Assembly (NCBI GenBank): GCA_951406725.2
Contig: OX597821.1
Span: forward strand, 40,486,001-40,550,000
Length of the DNA: 64,000 nucleotides
From: Octopus vulgaris
Lineage: Eukaryota
Direction: 5' to 3'
Position numbers and translations under genes: made by a program. Shown in pieces: positions 39,585-52,312 of the stretch (the first letter of the stretch is position 1; every line of letters begins with the position of its first letter). Under the pieces are notes generated by a model, which saw nothing but the letters and a program-made list of their open reading frames with translations, was not told the DNA's origin and made no database searches.

Positions 39585-40319
39585 TCCACTGTTTGGCTAA
39601 ACTAGCCTTTCTAATTTGATTTTGTGATATTCTTAACTCATTCCAGTCTAAGGAATCATTTTGAAGCAAATTTGTTGTGGTGGTGGGGGGGGGAGGTGGA
39701 TTTGTTACATTGCTTTTTATGTCGTTGTTTTTTTTTGAGATTTAAATTCCTGCAAAAAAATGTTGGAGAAACCTAACAAAGTTAAAAAGTCTCTTTTTTT
39801 TTTTTTTGGAGAATTTGGAATAATTAAAGAATATAACAATCATTCTGACTTTGCTGAAATAGGATTTTATGGAAAATATCCAAGTAAGTGTGGGTGGGGA
39901 TTTAGTGGATAATTCTGAAGAGGCTGTGACTTTATAATTTGATTGGGGACAGGAAGGTGTCTAAGGTAAGACATCTTTTTTCTTTCTCATTCCTTTTTCC
40001 CCAGTTGATGGGTCTTGTCTTGCAAGTTACATGGTGACTCAACTGCTGTTGGTGCCTCATAAAGAGCATCCAATGCATTCTATAAAGGGGTTGGCATTAG
40101 GAAGGACATCCAGCTGTATAGAAACCATGCCAAAGCAGATAGCATGGATGAGATGTAAAACCATCTCATCCATGCCAGCATGGAAAACTAAAGTTAATTG
40201 AGGATGATGATGATGAGGAAGAGGATAATGATAGATTGGAGTTAGGGGCTGCTGTGTCCAAAAACTTTTAAAGTTTTAGGGCCAACATGAAAACCTGCTG
40301 AAATTCAGTCTTTAATACC

Positions 40320-40470
40320 TATTTCTTTACTACCCACAAGGGGCTAAACACGGAGAGGACAAACAACGACAGACAGAGGGATTAAGTCGATTACATCGAC
40401 CCCAGTGCGTAACTGGTACTTAATTTATCGACCCCGAAAGGATGAAAGGCAAAGTCAACCTCGGCGGAAT
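40320..40470 (-). mobile_element. Young 5'-truncated SINE family B with 13-bp target-site duplication
   Basis: AGTCTTTAATACC occurs at 40307-40319 and 40476-40488. Confidence 0.85.
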
Positions 40471-41042
40471 ACCATAGTCTTTAATACCATAGTCACCTGA
40501 AGATAGAGACCTATATGAATATGATGGGCTTCCTTCAGTTTCCATCTCTCAAATCCATTTACAAGTCTTTGGTTAGCTGAAGGTTACAGTAGAAGACACT
40601 TACCCAAGGTGCCTCACCAAGGGACTGAAACTGGAACCATGTGGGTGGAATGCAAACTTCTTACCACACGGTCACACCTACACCTCATCCTAATCCTTTA
40701 TGCATCTGTCTTTATTCTTTAGTTCTCCTCTGTTTTCCACTTGACCACAGCTATGTCTAACACGATGTATGTTTGTGATACAATGTCTGAGATTCTACGG
40801 AATGCAAAGACAATCAATTTTATACCCAGAAACAACTAGCAAGGGCAGTCATACAGAAAAAGAGAAAGTGGCTGTTTCGATATTACCTTAAGATATATGT
40901 GTCAATAAACAAAATGCAACAATGTTAAAACTATTTTCAAAGACACTAATAGTAAAAATAATTACAAATTCACTACAAATAAACAGAGCAGATTTTTTTA
41001 GCTAGGATATGAAATATACACACAAACTCACACATACATGCC

Positions 41043-41100
<58 letters not shown>

Positions 41101-41122
41101 TATATATATATGCATGTATATA

Positions 41123-41171
<49 letters not shown>

Positions 41172-42302
41172 ATACATATACAGTCACACACACACACATG
41201 TATGTACACAGTCACACACACACACACATATGTATGTAAATTTGTATGCATGTAAATGTCCCACTGAACACACAGATGTAGGTAAGTGTAGTAATGAATT
41301 CAAAGAATTAAAAAGAGAACTAAAGAAAAAATATATATATATAAACTCAACCCACCTACTGGAATGAAAATTCCAACAATGAGACCAAAGTGAAAAAAAA
41401 AAATGGCTGAAAGTACATAAGTCAGACTGCGAAAAAGCACTACTGGAAATCAATAAGCACTTGAAGACTTATGGCACCAACTTATATTGAGTAAAAAATA
41501 GCAAAAAAAAAAAAAAAAAAGAAATTTATATATAAAGAATTAAATAAATATGCTAAAACTGTAATTCAGTGTATGCTGGAAACTAGTGTTGCCATCTAGC
41601 AAATGATACAAGAACAGGATGTTAGCGGTGGGGAAAACCATTCTGAGAATTTACCTAAAACAAAACAAAGAAAAAGAAAAATTCATACCGTAAAAAATAA
41701 CAAAAACAATGGCAACAAAGACATAAAATAACATCAACATATGAAATAGAAAAAACATACACACAAAAAAAGAAAGAAATGGCAAGAACCAATGATATAT
41801 TTATGTGATATATTCTTGAGTCTCTGAAAATTTATGGGTTTTTCTTTGGCATTGTCCTCTTAAGTGGACATATGCAAGAAATATTAGAGATTCTTGAAGA
41901 TGTTTAATTTAGTACTTTCTATTGAAACCCATAAATAAGTGAAAGTTGCTTGAATAAGGAGCTGCCCTTTGGATAGTAATTGTGGATGGCAGGTTTCTAT
42001 GTTCTTACGCTTGCATGTGTGTGCATACACATATACATACACCCACATTATATACATACAGAAAAAAAATCAACTTGCTAACACACACACACACACATAC
42101 ACACATGCACAAACACACATACACACACATTACAAATAAAATTTGTAAGCAGAACAGTAAAAATATGCGAAACTCTTCTCAGTTTCAAAATGGGAATTTG
42201 CTTTACTTGTTTACATTCCTATGATGGAATTTGGCAATTTTGTAAGAAACCAGTTCCTTATTCACAGGAAAACTTCAAATAATTAAAAATAGAAGAGCAT
42301 AT

Positions 42303-42600
42303 CATCAGCATTATCATCATCATTATCATCATTTAACATCCATTTTCCATGGTGGCATGAGTTGGATGGTTTGACAGGGACTGGTAAGACCAAGAATCAC
42401 ATCAGGCTTGATTGTCAGTTTTGGCATGGTTTCTATAGCTGGCTGCCCTTCCTAATGTCAACAACTTTATAGAGTGTACTTGGTTCCTTTTTATGTGGTA
42501 GCAATACCAGTGCCTTTTTATGTGGCACCATTACCAGTACTTTTCTATGTGACCCCACTACTGACAGGATCACCAAGCAAGTTGCAAGAAAAATCTCCTT
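42303..42600 (-). mobile_element. Family C copy with ~27-bp internal repeats
   Basis: Family C tail plus TTTTTATGTGG...ACCAGT units at 42488-42565. Confidence 0.7.
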
Positions 42601-43302
42601 GACTGGGAGAGGATGGCATTTGTGCGAGATGAGAGATCGAAGTATTGAGGAACAAGTATGGGTATCTTTCTGTGGAGTTGATGCATGGCTACACAATTTC
42701 TAAGAGGAAGGAGAGTAAGTTCAAGAGTAAGATAAAGAGAGCAATAATGAGAGGTGGCAGTGAAGATGTGTCAGGAGATGTCTATGAGGGACATTGGGAA
42801 AGGAGGGGGGGCGAATAAATGAGGTGATACAAAGGTTCAGGCTGGGTGAGTGGGCAGGATAGGTGACTGTAGCACATATATACATACATAAATGCATTGG
42901 TAACAATCTGGAAAACCTAGGGTTTTCAGGAAAAGAAATCAACTAGCTAACACACATTACAAATAAAATCTGAAAGCAGAACAGTAAAAAAATACGCAAA
43001 ACTTTTCTCAAGTCCGGAATGTGATATTGTTTTCAGTTGTCTACATTTTAATGATGGAGCTTTGCACCTTTATTAGAAACCAGGTCCTGCTTTATTAGAA
43101 AAATAGAAAAGAACCTACGTATGCATGTGTGTATGCATATTTCCTCGATTTTTTTCAGAATTTATAATTTATATTGAATTCATTTATTTTATTTATTTTG
43201 TTTAAGACCGTTATTTGAAAGGATCAATTAAACAAATCCATTTTTTAAAGGTGTATCCTTTAACTAGTTTTGATCAAATTGTTATTTCTGTTCTATTTTA
43301 AC

Positions 43303-43378
43303 AAAACTGTCCAACGAATGGGAACATGAAACTCTGAGTAAGAGCTTTTGTCATATTTCTGCTGCTTTTAAATAAAGT
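43303..43378 (+). ncRNA. Decayed copy of the CCGACGA hammerhead family
   Basis: AAAACTGT-CCAACGA-ATG-GGAA-CAT-GAAA-CTCTGAG-TA-AGAG...TTTCTGCTGCTTTTAAATAAAG is homologous to the 20573-20714 element. Confidence 0.6.
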
Positions 43379-43429
43379 ATGTCTATATATATATACGTAT
43401 GCATATGTGTCTGTATATATTTTGTACCG

Positions 43430-43853
43430 TTTATCTTTTACTTGTTTCACTCATTAGACAGCAGCCATGCTGGGGGGTGCTGCCTTGAAGAATTTTAGCC
43501 GAAAGAGTGAAACCCAGCACTTTTACTTTTTAAGCCTGGTACTTATTCTATTAGTATCTTTTGCCAAACTACTAAGTTACAGGAACATAAGCAATCCAAA
43601 ACCAGTTGCCAATCAGTGGTTAGGTACGAACACACAGATGCAGAGACAGCCCTCCCCACCATATATATATATATATATATATATATACGATGAGCTTCTT
43701 TCAGTTTCCATCAGATCCACTCACAAGTCCTCAAGGCTTTGGTCAGCCTTGAGCTATAGTAGAAGACACTTGGCTAAGGTGCCATGTAATGGGACTGAAC
43801 CAAGAACCATGTATTTGAGAAGCAATCTTCTTACAACACACCCAAGCCTGCCC
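43430..43853 (-). mobile_element. SINE family A (diverged)
   Basis: Same architecture as the reference copy. Confidence 0.75.
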
Positions 43854-44114
43854 CTATTATATGTATATATGTTACATAAGAAAGACATTTTTCTTTCAGA
43901 CATGCATTGAAAGCATGACTGTGTTGCAGTTTTATCATCTTTTAATCAATTTCGTTGATCTGGTTGTCTTTCTGGAATAATAATGTCCCTAGATGTAGCA
44001 TCCATGCATGTTAATCTACGAAGTCTCATCTTCATCATGATGTGATATTAGCAGAGGTTGCTGCTTCTTTATAATAAGCAAAAACTATCTTATTGAGGCA
44101 GTCATTTCCACTGG

Positions 44115-45320
44115 AATTTCATGTTTCACCTTTAGATTTACATGTCATCAGATTGTTTTTTTATTTGTATTTGTATAACTAGTATGTATTGTCTGGGTAT
44201 ATTTTTTATTACTTCTCTGTATTATGTGTGTTTGTACTATCATTAATTATCTGTTTCATAGAAATTTGTGTTGAGCATAAATATGTTGTCTAGTGTTGTA
44301 TGTAGTTTTGTATTTTGTCGTGCACTTCATTGCAATTGCTTCCTGTTGTGAGTGCATAGTGAGTCAACAAATGCATGCTATGCATGTATGGCCAATATTA
44401 CAATTGGAGCAATGAAGTTTATAAATTTCGTATTTCAACCAAATTCATATAACACTTTTGTCATCTGTAGTTTGTTTATGAGTTTATAATCTTGTTGTTT
44501 GTCATTGCAAAAAACAAAACAAAATGGTTTTAAATTTCAATGTTTTTGTAACATTATTTGTGTTAGTTTTGTGTTCTGTTTCCTGTGAGCCAACAAATCT
44601 ATTGTCACTCTGCATTTAATTCAGATAAAATACTCTCTCTGTTCAGTTTGTGTATTTTAATAGTTTTGATTTTTGATGTACTTGTTGTGTTGTATTTATT
44701 TATAACTACCAATGAATTGGTCTGTCAGTTTGTTAAACTGCCCTTTGTTGATTAGGGTTTCTTCTATTTTCTACTCCAACCATGAAGATGAATCTAAACG
44801 CTTTTCAAAGTAGAGATTTTAACACTGAAATTCTGTATAACAACAATTAGATTCTCCATTTATATAAAGTTCTTTGTCATTGGTGGAATGAACGTCATGG
44901 TTTCGATATTTTGTTATCTGGATGTTTATATCTAGAGAGGGAGGAAGGGTCATTGTGTGGTCAGTAGAGTTTGTTTCTACTGCTTTGGATTTTGAAGTTT
45001 AGTACAGAGTTATTGTTCTTGGTCTTACCCTTTTGTTACTAACCCAGCCAAAACCGGCTCTGGCTCTGTGGTAAAATGTCTTGTTTTCATAAGTTTTGAA
45101 TTAAAATATTCTACCAAACCTTAGTCACAATTAATATTCCTAACACTAGCTGAATGATAACTAAGTAAATTTTACTAAATTCTTTGTTAAACTTAAAATA
45201 ATTGAAAGAAACACAGAGCATCTCAAAATAATAAATACAGTAACGAAAGGGTTAATGTTTCAATTTTTTCCATTATATTTATTATGATGAGAATATTGTC
45301 CACATATTTGGTGTCAATTG
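44115..45320 (-). mobile_element. Penelope-like element relic (RT + GIY-YIG + downstream hammerhead-like core)
   Basis: In order on the minus strand: KYVDNILII (YVDD), NNSVLNFKI, LPPSLDINI, SSSW..KIEETLINKGQFNKLTDQFI, IYKLHCSNCNIGHT...LTMHSQQEAI (GIY-YIG), then CTGATGA..GAAACATG at 44151-44120. Confidence 0.7.
45028..45251. mobile_element. piggyBac-type MITE nested in the Penelope-like RT
   Basis: TIRs CCCTTTTGTTACT / AGTAACGAAAGGG (12/13 match), flanked by TTA and TTAA. Confidence 0.8.
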
Positions 45321-45502
45321 TATATTTATTTCTTGGTATATTGTGACCCTGTAAAATGTTGCCAATGGAGCCTCTGAGGAAGAATTCGGGACAAGTCTTT
45401 CTAAAATAATTTGCCTTGAAAAAAAAAAGGGAATAGTTATGTACTTCTGTTCTAATTATTTCTTCAGTATTTTAACTAATATTTCAGGTAGTTTAAGTCT
45501 TG

Positions 45503-45536
<34 letters not shown>

Positions 45537-45624
45537 TGTATGTATGTATGTATGTATGTATGTATGTATGTATGTATGTGTGTATGTATGTGTGTATGTA
45601 TGTATATGTGTGAGTGTATGTATG

Positions 45625-45664
<40 letters not shown>

Positions 45665-48144
45665 CATGCACATTAAATTTTTACATGGAAAACATTGACA
45701 GTAACTTTAAAGTTTTGGTTGCTTACCTTCATGACACTAATAAACACAAGTAAGCAATTTAATGTTAAATCGTTTTTATATATAACTTCACATAAAACAA
45801 ACATTTACACGCACTCACACACATTTGTAATGACTATTCTGTTTTATACGAGTATTACCATTTACTCTTTGTGAATGGGTGTGTATGTGTTGTAATCATA
45901 GCAGAAATTTCACAAATCATTGCTTTGAGTGTTTTACTTTTCCTGTCTTCAAACGATAATGAAAAATAGAACACTAGACAGATATTTAAAAAAATGATGC
46001 AGTCAACGTTTAGATGAGATTTGACTTGATAATATTATTGATATAAAACGATCTTGTTGGTTGACTCTATAATCGTTGTAAACAAAATAAAAGTAAAAGA
46101 GTATGGAAGGTAGGAGGGGAGGAATTTGTCAGTTAGAAGGGGGGGTGGAAAGAAAAGAGAAAGAATGAGGATCAGACGAACAGAGGAAGAAACATTGATG
46201 CTAATGTGTATATTGAAAAATAAATAGTAATAAAATAATAATGTTTGTAAATATGGAACAATGAAAGTGTATCAATATACAAATAGGAAGAGAAAAGTAA
46301 ATAAAAATGAGATAAAAGAAAGTCATCAAGTTTAGTAAGGTTGGAGTAAATGGTGTTTTTTTTTTCAATGAAAATATATTTTTTATAAAGCCAATAGAAT
46401 GTAAAATGTGGGTATGCAGCTTATTCAGTTATTAAAGAGAAAAATTCAAAGATGTAACAAGATATGTTATTAAAAATATTCAATGTCAGAAGTCAATGAA
46501 AGGTCAGAATATGGCAGTGAGAATTCACTTTTACCAATATCAATAGGAGAATGATAAGGAAGAAAATTACAAAGTAAATACTTCGAAGCATGCCTGCAGC
46601 AATTAAATAGTTCAGATCTTTCATATAATGCAGTGAGACTTGGAATGAAATGAAAATATTTTTTTTACTTAAACACAGCAAGGTTAGTTAAATTGAACTT
46701 TGCATCTGTTAAAGATCTTGATCTAAAGGGAAATAAAAAAAAATTAACATTTAATTTAGACATTCTTTTGTGCTATCTGTTCTTACATAAAAAAAAAACT
46801 GCTCATTGGGTTATACCAGAGGATATTTCCAGTTCTATTCTGAAGCTATGACGATCATTAGGGATAATATAAAGAATTTTATCTAAAAGCCATTATTGCA
46901 TAATCTTATCATAGCAATGAAAAGCAAATAAAAAAACTGCTTTCGCCAAAAGTTAATGAAGATAAATACTTACTAATATCTGAAATTAAGTTTTGTAAAC
47001 TAATGGACAGATGACTGGCATTCTTATTGACATTACATATTTTTCATTGGGTTTTCGATAAGGGCAGAATTTATTCAGGCCTAAGTTTAAAGTAATCTCT
47101 CAAAAATAGCTAAGATTGGTGATTAGTATCAACTTTACTTCTTAAACCTTTACAACAAAATAGTTCTATGAGAACTTAGTCATAGAATTGAAAGCAATTC
47201 CAACTGTACGAAATCAGCAGCCCAATAGTTCTAAAAAGTAGGAATTTTTAAGCAGGACGTCTAAGGAGTAACTGCTAATAATTTTGCATGGTGGAATATG
47301 ATGTGGTTGAATTATGTGCACCTATTGGAATATATATTTTGCCTTTGTCCATAAAAAAGGTACAACCTTAAATAGAAGTCTCTATAGAGATGACAAGTTT
47401 TTAATCTCTTGCTATAGATTTAGAAAACACCTTTCAAGATAGTTCATTTCTTTTTAGCTATCACATGAAATTTAGATATGAATATATTCTACTCTTACAC
47501 AAACCTAATGTAAATTTATAGTATATCAATAAAAATTATAATTTCTTACCCATTATTCTAGGAAATTTAATTCCTAATATTAGTAATTGTCCTTTCGATA
47601 TCCTGTGAAAAAAAACAGATTTTAATTCTTGACCACTAACTTCTATTCAGGTATATCTCCTCCTGCATTGAGAACATATATCCTACTTCAACTATTTTCA
47701 GAGTTGTCGTTCTTGGAGACATCAACATTCCAACGACTTGTAACATTCATCCCTCACCAATATTGCGAGTGCAGAACCCAAACCTTTTGCAATTTCAACA
47801 TTCTTCATCAACTTTTCTAATTCCTTGCTTGCCTCTCAGATCGATACTTTCCCTTGTTATTATGATGTATGACATCATAGTGTGTGGGACTTCTGAAATA
47901 AAATTCAATATACTACAGAACCAAAGCTTTAAAGACAAAGAGTAGACATAGAAATATCAAGTGGTATAATCCAACTTTCACTTCAAATTTACAATGAAAT
48001 ATCAACAAGGAATTTCTGAATGTAATTCCTTTTGTTTTCTCAATAAACCAGTAACCACAAGGTCTTTAGTAGAAACAAAATTATCTAAACATGCATGCAT
48101 AGCATATACTGTGGTGACTTAAGACAAATTCAGAGAAGAGATTT

Positions 48145-48523
48145 TCATCCATTTTTTTCTGAGTTAGCTTGGATTTTGAAAGAATCTAGTGTAACTATAT
48201 TAATTAAATTAAACATCTGACAGCCAGTATGGTTCTTAGCTTTTATACACTCATTGCAAGATGTATTAAATGGGTAAAGTTTTATTTCATTCCAAAACAC
48301 ATAATAATGAAATGAGTGAGTTGAAGTACTAAGTTCGTGGAGGTATGCCGACAAATACTTTCTTTGTAATTTTCTCCCTGTCTTCTCTGAAATGACTGAA
48401 TCCTTTGAGCTATTTTGGGAAAAGCACTTCTCACTGTCATATTTTGACCATTCCTCAATTTCCCATAGTGAAAATTCTAAATAATTTTGGAGTTTTCCTT
48501 CTTTGGAAATGAATGGATGTGTG
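48145..48523 (-). CDS. Possible terminal exon or unrecognised pseudogene (125 sense codons)
   Basis: Acceptor-like ACTTGCTTCATTTTCAG| then stop-free THPFISKEGKLQNYLEFSLWEIEEWSK...ANSEKNG*. No recognisable domain; could be chance. Confidence 0.2.
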
Positions 48524-50706
48524 CTGAAAATGAAGCAAGTACATTAATAGAAGAGCCATCCCAGTTGTTTAATAAAACACAAAGCTGTTAAATTCACTTT
48601 AAATTTCTATTTATTTCAGGAACTGTCAAAACTTTCAACACACAATAACAGTCTGGTCACTAACACAGTTCCACTACAACTCAGTCAAGTAGACCAATGA
48701 TGAGAGATACCCCAGCCACCCCTACCTCCCAGTCCATCTAGTGATTTCCTGTTTTACATACCTCAGACTACATTAAAGAATATGTCCTTCCTTTTGTTAA
48801 AATGTTAGCAAGTGATTTGAAGAAGATTTCGTTTTCATTTCTAACTAGCTGAGTAACCACATGGAGGAAATGCCCTTGTTAGCTTGTATAGCTCTATTAA
48901 TCATTGTTGATTTTTAGCCCAAGGTCAGACCTGATCAAGCTGGCCTATAATCAAAGTATTCCTCTTATGACTATGCCATATTGTTTTTGTTGACTTTTTA
49001 GTTTAATATACATTAGATTATATTTTCTGTTATGTCCTTCCTGTTTTTATGTCTGCAAAGTATGATTAGAAGGATTTTAGCTTGAAATTTTAGCAGAGCA
49101 AACAACCATATAGACACTTCTTTTCCATCCAAAATTTAAGTTGATGGAGTGCTAGAAATGTTAGCAAACTGAAATAAACACCTTCAAATATTTGGTGTCA
49201 TCCATTCAACATACCCCATCATCATTATTATCATCATCATCATCTTTTTACGTTTAGGTTTCATGCTAGCATGGGTTTAATGGTTTGACTGGATCCAATG
49301 TATTCAAGGACTGCATCATACCCTATTGTCTGTTTTGGCATGGTTTCTACGGCCAGATTCCCTTCCTAATGTCGACCACTTTACAGCATGCAGTTTTCGT
49401 ATCACCTGCAGTTTTGGGGTCACCATACAGTTCACTGGACTACAAATCCTGGGGGAGGTGGGGTTAGCTTCATGCTATGGGACAAGGGGATTACTATGAG
49501 AAGGGGATGGGGGAAGAACAGGTTCTTGTAGAGGAACCTGCATGACCAGAGATCAATAACAGTGATGAGGGGTTGACCTGCTTTCTCTTCTGCAGGTCTT
49601 ACGAATAGCAAAGGACGACATTTCAGACTTCTCCCACTCTGGGATGAAGACCGCTTCGCTCAACAAACAAACAAACAAGCAGCAGGAGCAGAAAGATGAT
49701 ACAGTTGCGAGAAGAGAAAGACAAGAGAGGGGAATGACATGGTTGGGTGGTCTGTATGAGCTGGGGGAAAGGGACAAGCATGAGAGGTGGGAAGAGAATC
49801 ATTGTAAAAAGGTGGGTAGCATGAAAGAGCACTTCCAGAGGAGGTCTTTTTAAGAGTTTCAAATCCCCAGAAATTCGGGTCAATAGACATCTCTTCAGTC
49901 AGGCTCAAAGTCCTGAGGTCAGCATTGCATATTCAATTCCAGGTGGAACAGACATCTTCCTTCAACTCAGTGATCCGAGATATGAAGCAGGCACATAACA
50001 GAGGTAATACCCATAGCTACACACCATCACATGACCATACACCACCTACCACAGATCAGTGGTCTTTTTCTCCATGTAAGAAATCATTATTCCCCTTGAG
50101 ACAGAGATCAATCATATCATGAAATGGTGATGGTATTTAGATAAAATAATAATCATTATCTTCAATATCTGCATTACCCTTTTATATGATTTTATCATAA
50201 GTGAAAGTGAAAGTAGATTTTCTTTTTATGCTGGCATTATTTAGCAGTGGGACATACACTGGACAGATCTCGTTAAAGCTACCAATGGAAAGGAATGCAT
50301 CATTAAACACTCCATTACATAAAATACAGGAATCAAAGACATACCAATAATGGAACAGTTTTCTGTATTTGATTATATACAAGATTATATACTAAATCTA
50401 TACATATATAGATATTAGTGATTATATCATTGATTTCATGTATATTTATATCTATAAGTATCTATAAGTACGGTTATATCAGTGCTTATATTTATAATTA
50501 TACTGGGATATATCTTGTTATTAATGCATGCACAAATAACCAAGACAAAACTTTGTCTTTGTCTAAATTAGGTATTCATAAACATACATATATACATATA
50601 CACATTGTATAGGTATATATGTATCTATGTATGTTGATAGACTATAGTTTATTTTATTTATACATTTTTGTAACTACAAATGTTTATCTACCAACGAATA
50701 TCAATA

Positions 50707-50907
50707 TCATCATCATCATCATCATCATTTAACGTCTGCTTTCAATGCTAGCAGGGGTTGGACGATTTTGACTGAGGGTTGGTGAACCAGATGGCTGCAC
50801 CAGGCTCCAATCTTGAATCTGGCAGAGTTTCTACAGCTGGATGCCCTTCCTAATGCCAACCACTCCGAGAGTGTAGTGGGTGCTTTTTACGTGCAAGTGG
50901 CACGTAA
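50707..50907 (-). mobile_element. Family C copy
   Basis: (ATC)n tail plus body nearly identical to the reverse complement of 9295-9450. Confidence 0.85.
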
Positions 50908-51102
50908 ATATATATATATATATATATATACATACACATACATATATATATATACATACACATACATATATATATATAAGAGTAACAAACTAAGGAAAAA
51001 AATTCCTTCAAAGGAGTTTGTAAAACATCCAGATCACTGGTACGTCAATTTTTTTGCAATCTGGCCTTCCTTTCACATGGAATTTTGTCTGGCTTTTGAA
51101 CC

Positions 51103-51185
51103 AAACCCTGAAGAGACTTATATACATGGATATGAATTATTTATAAACCAAATAATGTATATAAGTTGAAACAAATTGTTGGCTT
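51103..51185 (+). ncRNA. Type I hammerhead ribozyme with long (13-bp) stem II
   Basis: AAACC-CTGAAGA-GACTTATATACAT...ATGTATATAAGTT-GAAA-CAAATTG-TT-GGCTT: all core nucleotides canonical; predicted cut after 51180. Confidence 0.7.
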
Positions 51186-51635
51186 TTTAGGTTTTTTAAT
51201 AATTATTTATGTTATCTTGTGTTATATTATATTCATAGCATATTATGTTGTATTATAATATAAATAAATTGTAAGATTTAGCAGAAGCAACCAAGTGACT
51301 CATGGGCTGAGAGTTTCATATGTTAACATTTAAACTAGTTACAACTCAAGGGCATTATAAATTTATGTACCACTGATAATGGTATTTCCCTGGATAGTTC
51401 CGGAACAAATCTTAAAAACAATTACAATGCTATGTGGATAATTTATATTTTTCAAATAGTTTGCTGGTTATGCAGCTTCATAAAAACATAAATAAATTTT
51501 TGCATCCTTACACACACACACATAAATATGTATGAATGCATGTGTGGTGTGTGTGTGTGTATATACATACATACAAACACACACACATACATATATATAT
51601 GTATGTATGTATGTATGTATATTATGTATATTATG

Positions 51636-52190
51636 TCAGGTCACTTTCGAGTGCTACTGGTAACATGTAACCCAGTACAACCTGTTGCATGGTTGGGTCG
51701 TCAGCGACTAAACTGGCAACCCCACCAAGTTTGCTTGGTGAGGAGGGTGTTTATTGGACACCCTGCAGAATGAAACACAAAACCCGTCAAAGGGCGGAGG
51801 AACTCTTGAGAGCCAATGGCCATCAAATAGATGTCTTAAGGTTGTATCATGTGCAGGGACATAGAAATAATCGAACTGAATACCTGATCGCACGGTTAAA
51901 CCATTGGGAGTGAAAGACTCCTAGTCTTTGTTAGGGCATCCTTCTTGGAGAAGGTAACTCAGGTAACTGGGATAACTCCAGCATAAAACCTGTGGCTCAG
52001 TGGTTACCGATGATGTTGACTTGTTGTTCTTTTCGGATTATGGTTGCTGTTGCTTAGTGAGTGAGATTGACTCAGTGCACAGCCTTTCCTCCCTTTAAAA
52101 AAAATCTTCTTGCACAGGCATTGCATGATAACAACATTGATTAAGCTTCGTGCAATGGCCATACTTGATAACGAGGGGGCAGCCACCATG
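51636..52190 (+). mobile_element. Non-coding GC-richer element with RTE-like 3' tail (possible internally deleted, bipartite LINE)
   Basis: 3' end GCAATGGCCATACTTG..ACGAGGGGGCAGCC resembles the LINE end at 28730-28763 (GCAATGGTTTTACTTG..ATGAGGATGCAGCT). The body has several hairpins and is flanked by (TATG)n. Confidence 0.5.
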
Positions 52191-52268
52191 TATGTATATA
52201 TGTATGTATATATATGTGTATGTACGTATATATGTATGTATATATGTATGTATATATGTATGTATGTA

Positions 52269-52312
<44 letters not shown>

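Noticed and set aside
49595-49853. Exon after CTTTCTCTTCTGCAG
   Set aside because: It is low-complexity purine-rich sequence contiguous with retroposon-derived DNA and has no convincing donor.
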